IMG/VR virus record: IMGVR_UViG_3300042549_004104
Location: 32,001-96,000 of that record
From: a virus
Taxonomy: Duplodnaviria > Heunggongvirae > Uroviricota > Caudoviricetes
Direction: 5' to 3' (one strand)
Length of the DNA: 64,000 bases
Shown here: piece by piece, positions 8,601 to 17,600 of the stretch
Layout of the letters: each line of letters begins with the position of its first letter
How positions within the stretch are numbered: the first letter of the stretch is position 1
Translations under genes and position numbers: made by a program
The notes under the pieces: generated by a model
The model's database searches: none
What the model saw: only the letters and a program-made list of their open reading frames with translations
Told to the model about the DNA's origin: nothing

Positions 8601-10791
8601 CAGTATGCAATGACCAGTTATTGGTAGACCAAGATCCTGTCCAATTTAAGCAAAGACATCCGTCTGCGTTTGTATGAGCTATAATGTATACCCAAGATTC
8701 AATTGTAAAATCTCCGGATCCTAAACCCAAACTAGAAGATGAGGGAGTTAATAAATAATCCCCAGTACCATCAAAGTATGTACTACCATAAGTACTGTAA
8801 CTACTGTTTTGAGTGAATGGTATTGCTGGTGATACTGCTACATCACCAACTTTAGTAATTGTAAAATTGTTAGTTGAGTTATCAATTAATCTATTTGATT
8901 GACATATTAGTAGACTTGTATTTGCTATTGCTGTTAGTGGAGTTGTGCTTGGGGTAAATGTCGTTCCTGTATATAAAGCAGTACCTTTTAATATTCTTGC
9001 ATTACTAATGTATCCTGGAAAAAAGTAGTCGTACCCCACAGCGTATACCAAACCACCAAGTTTTAATATTTGTCCATTAGTGTTAATTGCATTGGTAAAG
9101 CTAGTGTTTTGTGCTACTCTAATACCGTCTAAATATAAATTAGCAGTCGTGCCGGTTCTAGTAAAAGCATAATGATGCCATACATTTTTAGTAACAGTTC
9201 CTGTATATGATACAACTTGATTGGTGCCATTTACCCTTGCTGCAAATGACAAGCCTGTTCCACCGGAACTTGAATTACCATCAATACCGCCGCCATACGT
9301 GGTTGCTGAGGCCAGTGATCCCGAAGCTATAAATGAGTTGAATAACGCTGCATTTCTATTGGTTTCGGGGTCTTGTGCAGGATCGGCCGTCATCAAGAAC
9401 CAGCATTCTATAGTTACGTCACCTGTACCAAAATCAAAGGCACTATTATTTGGTATAGTTAAATAATCACCGGTACCATCAAAGAAATTGCTGTAATATC
9501 CCGGTGTATATGGATTAAAATTATTAGGTTTAGTATCACCATTAATAGTTAAAGCAAAACTATTTGTACTACTATCACTAATGAATGGTAATGCAGTTGT
9601 TTCACCGTTCAATAATAATGTTACATTTTTAAAGTAAGTATCATTTGCAACACTAATTACCCAATTGATTGTTCTTGTTGCTGTTCTATTTGATAGTGCA
9701 GATGTTGCTGTTAATAAAGTTGTTGTATTGGCTGCATCTGTAGCAGTGCCAGAAATAACAGAACCACTAACAGATACTCCGGTTGGTAATGTATTAGCAG
9801 TATATGTAATACTTTGTCCTCCGGCACTAGAGGCACTTAAACTAACATTAGAAATTGCGCTATTAGTAAACGATTCGTATGTTGTATTATTAGCTGGACT
9901 ACTCCAAGTAACAACATCTTGCTGTACATCAAAATATACTGTTCGTGTCGCTGTTCTTCCAGCAACATTTCCAGTTGCAGTTAAAGTAACAGATGTATTT
10001 GCTACAGTATTACTTGAACCACTGATTGTGTTACCGGTAAGTGAGAGTCCGGCTGGTAATCCACTTTGACTGAAAGATACGCTAGTATTTGATTCAGTAT
10101 TAGCTGATAATGAAACGTTACTTATGTTTGCATATTCATAACTTGTGGTAACAGATGCATTTGCTGGATTAATCCAAGTAACAGTATCGGGATTAATTGT
10201 TAAACTAAATGAACGGTTAGTATCTTGTTGTTCGTTATCAGTTGCTTTAATTACAAAACTATATGTAGTTGGTGATCCTGCTGCCGGAGCTGTTCCACTA
10301 ATTAATCCGGTACTACCGTTTATATTACTTCCTGTAGGTAAATTACCAGAGTATAAACTATATGTAATTGGTACATCACCAGTTGCTACTACAGTTGTAT
10401 TAACGTTACTTACTTCATATATATTACCTAAACTACCTGCACCTGTACTCCAATTTGGCAATCCACTATAACTTATACCTGGAATAACAATTGCTGTTCC
10501 ACCGTCACTATTAATAACATAAATTACATATGTGCCTGCACTACTTGCCGGAGCAGTAAAAGTTAATGTTGTACCACTGACTACTGTGACTACCCCAGCA
10601 GATGTACCGTTAATAATTACTGTTGCACCTGCTACAAATCCAGTGCCTGTTAATGTAATAGTATCACCACCTGCTGGATTGGCTGCTGTGTCATCACCTG
10701 GATAAGCAATTGTTGAAACTTTTGGAACAGCACTTCCCAATACTTCTAATGTTGTTGGTGATATATTATCTGTTGTAATTTGTGTTGTCAT
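5644..10791 (-). CDS. large adhesin/fibre tip protein: IPT/TIG + Ig-like repeats + six LamG/ConA-like domains
   Basis: GGDTITLTGTGF (IPT), LPxGL..G.ISGT Ig repeats, and six (F/L)DGTGDYL...FT(I/V)ExW...WxH.A..R...Y(I/M)(S/D)(N/D)xR..KG modules. Paralog of 37586..42289. Confidence 0.85.
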   Translation of the reverse strand: MTTQITTDNISPTTLEVLGSAVPKVSTIAYPGDDTAANPAGGDTITLTGTGFVAGATVIINGTSAGVVTVVSGTTLTFTAPASSAGTYVIYVINSDGGTAIVIPGISYSGLPNWSTGAGSLGNIYEVSNVNTTVVATGDVPITYSLYSGNLPTGSNINGSTGLISGTAPAAGSPTTYSFVIKATDNEQQDTNRSFSLTINPDTVTWINPANASVTTSYEYANISNVSLSANTESNTSVSFSQSGLPAGLSLTGNTISGSSNTVANTSVTLTATGNVAGRTATRTVYFDVQQDVVTWSSPANNTTYESFTNSAISNVSLSASSAGGQSITYTANTLPTGVSVSGSVISGTATDAANTTTLLTATSALSNRTATRTINWVISVANDTYFKNVTLLLNGETTALPFISDSSTNSFALTINGDTKPNNFNPYTPGYYSNFFDGTGDYLTIPNNSAFDFGTGDVTIECWFLMTADPAQDPETNRNAALFNSFIASGSLASATTYGGGIDGNSSSGGTGLSFAARVNGTNQVVSYTGTVTKNVWHHYAFTRTGTTANLYLDGIRVAQNTSFTNAINTNGQILKLGGLVYAVGYDYFFPGYISNARILKGTALYTGTTFTPSTTPLTAIANTSLLICQSNRLIDNSTNNFTITKVGDVAVSPAIPFTQNSSYSTYGSTYFDGTGDYLLTPSSSSLGLGSGDFTIESWVYIIAHTNADGCLCLNWTGSWSTNNWSLHTDHVSANEKFTFWVNNYSSPSPMLTSTTTATINMWHHVAVTRSGNTWRLFVNGNSEATVTSSVALDNGSSWPIYISGAISGQQLNGYISNLRVVKGTAVYTTAFTPPTSPLTAITNTSLLTLQYNQPINNNVFLDQSNFNNIITRNGNTSQGTFSPYSVTGWSNYFDGTGDYLTVPSNSAFAFGTGEYTVEAWIYLTAYDSFESNIFGSASSAGGFGFAVLPTGRLQVNKYGTGNIFQSNAGLINLNTWYHIAASRTSTSANSAYLFVNGSVVTTATDAENWTVSSSPIIGGWSNLSTYDVSGYISNLRILKGTALYTSTFTPSTTPLTAIANTSLLTCQSNRLIDNSINNFTLTRNGDVSVQALDPFGSVPEATPISYSVYFDGTGDYLDSATSSAFTYGTGDFTIEFWAYLTAIGGTPNLIDQRGGTHPSVRPTLFMNSGVLTYYTNGGATIVGSTLSTNVWYHIALSRNSGTTRLFVNGSQVGSSYTDGNNYTSTKVRVFTDDSGGSTSQAGYCSNLRILKGTGLYTTTFTPSTTPLTAIANTSLLTCQSTRMIDNSTNAFTITATGNTIPRIFNPFGYTAQSTTSYTPSLHGGSVYLDGTGDYLTTASNAVFTYGTSNFTVEGWHYLTAAASVTKYLFDQRVSGNGLFPAIYVSSGSYIVYINSGVALTAGVVISNAWVHWALVKNNSTTTLYINGISAGSFADTNNYSTTALFRIGSEWSLSGSYDWQGYMSDLRVVKGTAVYTSNFVPPTQALTSLTTAPASLLLNFNNGGIIDQHSSNVLETLGNAQLSTSVKKYNNASMYFDGTGDYLYAPPNLNYAMGSGDFTIEFWYYPVSQNAAWNPNIMGNYGTTWTTNKWAFHAPHSSAAGKYSFWVNNIVTQPLLASTSNVTNGAWVYLTITRSGSTWRMFVNGTIEATATSSAALDGGTAASMDGLYIGANFYSGEGGRYINAYIDDLRFTKGYARYTANFTPPTSALITK

Positions 10792-10819
10792 TTTATTTCT
10801 CTTAGAATGTTATACTATG

Positions 10820-11194
10820 TTATATGTTTTCTATTTTCTTTTTATTTTCCCAATAATCATCGGGAGCATACCAAGCACATAATGGATCATGTTGTGGGCC
10901 ATAAATATCATCAACAACTTCTCCATCAACATTTCTTAGTGCAAACACACAATAATAAACTGTATCATCTTCTAGTGCAGTCATCTTATGTATCAATTCT
11001 TTTTTGATTACAACGAATGTAGGTGCAACAAAATTCTTAGGTTCTTTACCTTCTACTTCTACACGAACACTACCTTTTGCTAGTAATGTAACGTGGTCAA
11101 AATAATGAACATGCCCTGGTGCACATTCATCTTTCTTTAACATGTTTTGTCTAACCCAAATATTACCAAAGTAACCAAGCTCAATATTTTCCAT
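10820..11194 (-). CDS. cupin-fold protein
   Basis: GHVHYFDHVTLLAKGSVRV...IH.MTALED...YC; paralog of 29216..29584. Confidence 0.75.
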   Translation of the reverse strand: MENIELGYFGNIWVRQNMLKKDECAPGHVHYFDHVTLLAKGSVRVEVEGKEPKNFVAPTFVVIKKELIHKMTALEDDTVYYCVFALRNVDGEVVDDIYGPQHDPLCAWYAPDDYWENKKKIENI

Positions 11195-11205
11195 TAAAAT
11201 CTTTC

Positions 11206-11598
11206 TTAAATTGTCTCAACAGGTGTGGCTAATTTTTCACCCAAATCTCTCCAACTGTTAGTATACCCGTCCCAAGCATGTCGTCTACCATCTTCTGGGT
11301 AGGGTATGGGTGCTTCCCATTTGTAGGTTGCGTTGTTTAGTACCCAATTTGAATAGGGTTTTGGTTCTAGAAACACATCTCTCAATGGTTCATATAAAAA
11401 CCCTACTCCAGCAAAATTACCACGAAAACTACTGTTGTATGATGTTTGCTTCCATACAGTATCTATGCCAAATATTGATTGACAAAATGAAATTCCCTTA
11501 GATTCAGATTCCGTTCCGTTATCTAGTAGTTCATTATTGTGTACCACAATCACTTGTATCACTGTATTGTTTTCGTCAAGTTGTGCAAAATGTGCCAT
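11206..11598 (-). CDS. fibre-associated small protein (MAHFAQ family), putative chaperone or tip accessory
   Basis: MAHFAQ...QTSYN...R.NFAG.G..Y....D.F..PKPY..WVL....W.AP; paralog of 22402..22758; follows a Gly-rich gene. Confidence 0.7.
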   Translation of the reverse strand: MAHFAQLDENNTVIQVIVVHNNELLDNGTESESKGISFCQSIFGIDTVWKQTSYNSSFRGNFAGVGFLYEPLRDVFLEPKPYSNWVLNNATYKWEAPIPYPEDGRRHAWDGYTNSWRDLGEKLATPVETI

Positions 11599-11612
11599 GT
11601 GTTTCCTATCTA

Positions 11613-13013
11613 TTAACTCGGTATAGTAAATGTACCAGTACCGGTAAATGTATAAATTCTAAATCCGGTGATTGATGTAACAGTGGGACTGCCTGTTGTG
11701 GTAGCGGCAGCGAATGTGTCGGGGTATTTGATAATGACCACACCAGATCCACCGTTGCCGCCTTGCGTGTTATTGCCGCCCCCACCTCCACCTCCACCTC
11801 CTGTATTAGCAGTGCCGGCTGTATTAATAGCACCACCACCGCCTGCACCCGGATAAGAAGTTCCATATGCGTTGCCGCCGCCGCCGCCGCGTGTTACTGA
11901 TGTACCTGTTATACTACTAGCAATTCCTGTACCGCCGGCCCTTGGTGGGCTACCAGTTGCGCCTTGTCCTGCAGCACCTGCACCACCGCCACCTGCTGAA
12001 AAAGTACTATCGTTGTTGGTTGCACCACCATCATACCCCTGTCTAGGTGCATCTATGTAGGTTGAACCTGGATAAACACCTTTACCACCAACGTTTTGTA
12101 CGTAACTGGCGCCACCGCCTGATCCTCCCGGGCCACCTTGAGCACCAGCAGTATTTTGGTCGTTATTACGACTGCCACCGCCACCGCCACCTATCCCAGT
12201 AATTGTGGTAAATCCTGATCCAGAGATTGAACTATTTGCACCAGTGCCGCCTCTATTGGTTTGAACGGTAGTTCCAACACCGCCGGTGCCTACAGTAATA
12301 GTATATGTTATACCAACTGATAAATCAGGAGTTGATTCAAGATACCCGCCGGCACCACCACCACCACCATAATATCCTGTTCCGCCTGACCCTCCTCCTC
12401 CAATTACCAAAGTAGTAGTAGGAACAATATTGGCCACCAGAATACTAAATGCTCTTGCTGTGGTTTGATTGTAAGTGTTGGTTGCTGTAATAGTAAAATT
12501 AAATGTGTTTGCTACTGTTGGGGTTCCTGAAATTAAACCTGAACTTGAATTTAAACTCAACCCAGTGGGTAATGCACCGGCCGTGACACTGTATGTTATT
12601 CCTGTACCGGTAGCACTTACAGAAGTTGAGTAAGCAGCATTGTTAACACCCGCAGTTAATGCACCAGCCGCTGTTACCCAAACTGGTGATTGATTAAAAA
12701 TTATTCCAGCTGGCTTTGTACCATTTGTTCCGTCTGTATTGTATAATATAATATTGTATGTACCTGCACTTGTTGCAGGGGTAGTGAATGTTAAACTTGT
12801 TGCACTTACATATGTGGTAGAACATGATGTAGTATTGATATATGCTGTAATGCCACTATTAAATCCACTACCAGTAACAGTAATTGTTTGTCCACCTGCT
12901 GGATCTGCCGCAGTAGTAATGCCAGGATATGCGACCGTTGTAATTTTTACTCCACCACCTAAACTGTCTAGTGTTGATGTTGCTATATTATCTGATGTGA
13001 TTTTTAGTGTCAT
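11613..13013 (-). CDS. IPT + Ig-like + glycine-rich adhesin-like virion protein
   Basis: N-terminus shared with the 1715-aa protein (MTLKITSDNI, DPAGG.TIT.TG.GF); C-terminal GGGGG-rich domain ending GGSGVVIIKY...YTFTGTGTF. Confidence 0.8.
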   Translation of the reverse strand: MTLKITSDNIATSTLDSLGGGVKITTVAYPGITTAADPAGGQTITVTGSGFNSGITAYINTTSCSTTYVSATSLTFTTPATSAGTYNIILYNTDGTNGTKPAGIIFNQSPVWVTAAGALTAGVNNAAYSTSVSATGTGITYSVTAGALPTGLSLNSSSGLISGTPTVANTFNFTITATNTYNQTTARAFSILVANIVPTTTLVIGGGGSGGTGYYGGGGGAGGYLESTPDLSVGITYTITVGTGGVGTTVQTNRGGTGANSSISGSGFTTITGIGGGGGGSRNNDQNTAGAQGGPGGSGGGASYVQNVGGKGVYPGSTYIDAPRQGYDGGATNNDSTFSAGGGGAGAAGQGATGSPPRAGGTGIASSITGTSVTRGGGGGNAYGTSYPGAGGGGAINTAGTANTGGGGGGGGGNNTQGGNGGSGVVIIKYPDTFAAATTTGSPTVTSITGFRIYTFTGTGTFTIPS

Positions 13014-13022
13014 ATCTTTCTC

Positions 13023-14249
13023 TTAAAATGTTATACTGCCTGAAGCTGTATATTTATAAATTCTTTTTCCACCAAAAGCGATTACAAGTGGACTGCCTGT
13101 TGTACTAATTGCGGCTGGAAATGAATCTGCGTAGCTAATAATTACTACTCCAGAGCCTCCATTTCCTCCACCTTGTTGGCTTGTACCTGAGCCGCCGCCG
13201 GCTCCGGCACCACCTCCACCCCCACCAGTGTTGACCGTTCCGGCAACACCGGCTGTTGTTGTACCTCCAGCACCACCACCTCCTGTACCGCCTATACCGC
13301 TTGTAGCAGCACCATAACCAGTATTAATGCCTCCACCACCGCCACCAGCATAGTATGTTGCTGTTCCTGATATGGATGTTTCTAATCCATTTCCACCAGA
13401 ACCGGCAACAGAACCAGCAGCATTACCACCAACTTGACCAGCACCACCTCCCCCACCAGCGGGATAAGGTGTAGATGTTGTGCCAGTGCCGCCATTGTTA
13501 CCTTGACTAGGTGATGTAGATGGTGTGTTGCCTGAACCTGGACCATAGCCAGTACTATACGAACCGCCGCCACCTGAACCACCATTTTGACCTGCCAATC
13601 CGCTTGCAGTAAAGTTTCCGCCGCGGCCGCCGCCTGTAGAAGTTATTGAACCAAATACAGAATTTGATCCATTTGTATAAGCAGCATCTGCGCCTGCCGG
13701 TGCACCAGTTCCTCCACCTCCAACTGTTACTGTAATAGGAGAACCAGAGGATACTTCTAAACCAATTGCAGTTCTGTATCCGCCTGCGCCGCCACCCCCA
13801 CCCTGCCAGCTGCCACCACCACCGCCACCTGCTACTACTAGGTATTCTACAGTAAGTATAGCCGGTGTTACTGAGTTACTTGGACTGCTTGCAACACTGG
13901 TGCCTAATTCATTTGTTGCAGTAACAGTAAAGGTATACGGGGTACCGGTAGTTAGTCCAGTAACAGTAATTGGACTTGAACTACCTGTTGCAGTGATACT
14001 AGCCGGGCTTGAAGTTACTGTGTAGCTAGTAATAGTTAAACCGCCATTATTTGCAGGTGCAGTAAAAGTAAGTGATACGGCTGTTGCTGAAGATATTGTG
14101 GCAGTACCTATTGTTGGGGCACTTGGTGGACCGATCCAATTTCCAGAACTTTTAAGCAATTGTTGGTCAGCCGCAGTATATACACCACCGACAGATAAAT
14201 TAGCGGTTATTTGATTGCCTACTATGCCATAATTGCTTCTGTTTCTCAT
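13023..14249 (-). CDS. FN3 + glycine-rich adhesin-like virion protein
   Basis: PSAPTIGTA...FTAPANNGG..ITSYTVTS...GLT.GT.YTFTVTATN (fibronectin III), then the VEYLVVAGGG Gly-rich domain. Confidence 0.82.
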   Translation of the reverse strand: MRNRSNYGIVGNQITANLSVGGVYTAADQQLLKSSGNWIGPPSAPTIGTATISSATAVSLTFTAPANNGGLTITSYTVTSSPASITATGSSSPITVTGLTTGTPYTFTVTATNELGTSVASSPSNSVTPAILTVEYLVVAGGGGGGSWQGGGGGAGGYRTAIGLEVSSGSPITVTVGGGGTGAPAGADAAYTNGSNSVFGSITSTGGGRGGNFTASGLAGQNGGSGGGGSYSTGYGPGSGNTPSTSPSQGNNGGTGTTSTPYPAGGGGGAGQVGGNAAGSVAGSGGNGLETSISGTATYYAGGGGGGINTGYGAATSGIGGTGGGGAGGTTTAGVAGTVNTGGGGGGAGAGGGSGTSQQGGGNGGSGVVIISYADSFPAAISTTGSPLVIAFGGKRIYKYTASGSITF

Positions 14250-14251
14250 TT

Positions 14252-14611
14252 TTAACTTGCTATCAATTCATAACTTGCACTCATGCTTACGCTTGTGTTT
14301 GCACTTACGTTTGCTTGTAGTACATCACCCTCTTCTAAGTATAATGTTGTGTCTTTACCCAACAATACTAATGTTGAATTTGCTGGAATAGCAACTACTC
14401 CGCCTATATAATATGCAGTAGCACTACGATTTATCATTACATTAGCTGTTGTTGCACTTGCTGTATAATTTGACAAAACAATATCATTTAATTTAACAAC
14501 TGTATTACTACTTGAACTATTTGTAATTATATTTCCCGTAGCTGTAGTTAATTGCGATAATGCTGTTTTTCCTGTTACTGTTGCACTTGTTAATAAATTT
14601 GGTGCTGTCAT
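14252..14611 (-). CDS. ~120-aa putative fibre adaptor protein (MxxPN(L/I) family)
   Basis: Paralog of 24946..25317 and 42289..42648, sharing the YL.E.D/N and SYE/TWE.I endings. Confidence 0.7.
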   Translation of the reverse strand: MTAPNLLTSATVTGKTALSQLTTATGNIITNSSSSNTVVKLNDIVLSNYTASATTANVMINRSATAYYIGGVVAIPANSTLVLLGKDTTLYLEEGDVLQANVSANTSVSMSASYELIAS

Positions 14612-14612
14612 T

Positions 14613-17600
14613 TTATCCTCCGAATATGATGCCCATAGTCATTGCTTGGGCTCTTGTTGTTCCTGTAGGGACAGTGACTGTTACTGCATTGCCTACATTT
14701 GTAGCTGTAATACCGCCACCTACAAAATCTATACTTGTTGCAGTAGTTGTTAAATTACTACCTTCTTCTTTAATTGTTAATGAACCACCAACGCTAACGT
14801 TTGCCCAACTTGCAGTTGCGCCGTCAGTTGTTAAATACTTACCACTATTACCACCTTGATATGGTAATGAAGAACCACCTGTACTCATACCACCATTCAA
14901 TGATAATTCACGTATCTGAATATCAACATTGCTTGCTGGAGGAGAAACAAATACTACATTACTACCAGATACACTATAATCTGTTGTTGGTCTTTGTATT
15001 ATTCCATTTTCTGCTACGATTAAACTGTTAGCTGTCAATCCACTTGTTATAGTAAATGTATTTTGTGCCCCGTTACCGGTGTATGCACGGTATACGGGAG
15101 AAGTTGTAGTAGCTATCGCTATTGCTAATTCTCGTACCTGTATCGCTACATTACTTGCCGGTGCTGTTGTAAAGGTTAATGTTGTATTACTAATTGTGTA
15201 ATCTGCGGTTGGTGCTTGTACGATTCCATTTTCTGTTACAATTACACTACTTACGGTAGATCCACTAGTTACTGTAAAGTTTGCTTGAGAACCTGTACCT
15301 GTATATGCTCTAGTTATAAAGGCTCCTGCACCACTAGTAGCACCCATTGTAGTAGTAACTTCAATTGAATATCCATTTGCCGGGGCTTCAGTGAACGTAA
15401 TATTTGCACCGGACAATGTATATGCATTTCGTAACTGGAATGAACCGTTATAGTTAATTACTGTTTGATTTATATTAGCAGGTGTTGTGCTTAATGCGAA
15501 TACAGTTTGTACTCCGTTACCTGTAAAGTTATCTACTGTGATAACCGCTGTAGGTTGTGCTATCCAAGTTAAATTACCTGAACCGTCAGTTGCTAATATT
15601 TGTGAAACGCCACCGCCACCAATATAAAGATTGCTTACATTGCTACCTAAATTAGCACCATTTAAATGTATTGCTTTGTCAACCGTTAATGTATTACTTG
15701 TTTTGTTAAATGCAAAGTTAGCACTTGCTCCAAAACTATTGCTATCATTAAACTGTACTTGTGTATTACTACCTGCAACAGATGCTCCACCACCTGATTG
15801 TGCTGACCAACTTAAATTACCCGAACCATCAGTAATAATTACATAATTTGCTGAGCCGCCCGTAATATGTAAATTACTTATATTTCCAAGAGTTACATTA
15901 GCTGATGTTGTAAAATCTACAACACCAGTAGAATTACTTACTACAAGTCCTGTTAAATTTCCTATGCTTGTTATGTTTGGTTGTGCGTTAGTTGTAACTG
16001 TTCCGGCAGTTGTGGCTGCTACACCAGTTAATTGACTACCATCACCAATGAAATAATTAGCAGTGACTGTATTACCAAGAGTAGCATTACCACTTGTAAT
16101 ATTACCGGTAACTATTAAACTTGATAGTGTACCTACTGAGGTGATATTTGGTTGACTTGCTGTTGTTAATGTACCAGTAAAGTAATCAGCGGTAACTAAA
16201 TTACTGAAAACAGCATTACCGGCACGAACATTACCAAATGTATTAAATGTAACTACTTCACTAGAGACTGCTACATTACTACCAAATGCGAATTCAGCAT
16301 TTGAATTATCCCAACCCATGAATGCATCTACCGGGGCTGAACCTGTATAGTAATGTAGAATTTCACCACGGTCTTTACCATCGTTAGTTGTTAATGGATC
16401 ACCATTTGCACCTCCACCTAATTCAATGATTGGATCTTTAATTTTTAAAGAATCTACGTTGACATAAGTTAAGTTACCATTTACAATTAAGTTACCTGAT
16501 ACTATAGCATTTCCACCAACATTTAAATCAGTTAATGTACCTAAACTTGTAATATTTGGTTGTGCATTTGTGTATACAGTGCTAGCAATTAATGCATTTG
16601 ATACTTGTCCACTTACATTAGCGCCGGCTACTGAATTAGCAATGTTTGCATAATGACTTTGTACTGCACTTGTAACATTTCCAGTGACGTTAGCACCAGT
16701 TACCGAGTTTGCTACGTTTGCCCAATTACTTGTTATAGCCCACGATACATTACCACTTACGTTAGCACCAACCAATGATGATAATGCACTACCATTGCCG
16801 CTGACGTTTGTAAAAACTCCACTAGTGGCACCGATATTACCCAGGGTAGCGTTACCGGAAACATTTAATGTACCTGTAACTGATAATGTATGTGTTGGTG
16901 CCCCGTTAGCAATGCCCACATTTCCGTTTGTATCTATATTTACCCTATTACTTCCACCGGTTTGTAGAATTAAAGGAACATAACTACCTGAGCCAGTAAT
17001 ACTTGATTGTATATAACCTGCTTCGGCCAATGCAAGTATTCTTATGCGTGATGTATTTGTTGGATCACTACCATAATATGCAGTCCATGCTGAACTGTTA
17101 GTTGCGCCCGGTCCTATTGCTCCAATATCTGTAAATGTTCCGCCGCTAGATTGAAATAATGTGCGACTACTAACAGTTGTATTGCTAAAATCACCTAAAA
17201 TACGCTGACCGGTAGTATTAAAAGTTAAATTACCACTAGTACTTACTGAAGTCAATATACCAGTACTAGTTATATTAGGCTGTGCGTTAGTATATACTGT
17301 TCCAGCAATTAATGCATTTGATACTTGACCACTTACATTAGCGCCAGTAACTGAATTAGCAATGTTTGCATAATGACTTCGTACTGCACTTGTCACATTA
17401 CCACTAACATTACTACCAGTAATACTAGTTAATAATGATCCATTACCACTGAAATAATTTGCAATGATATAATTTGCGTCACTAATGTTGCCGCCACTAC
17501 CACTAGTTACAAGATTACCTGCTATTAAATTACCAGATATATTTGCATTACCTGCTGTAAAATTACCAGTATATGTTGGTAGATATGCGGCTACATTTGT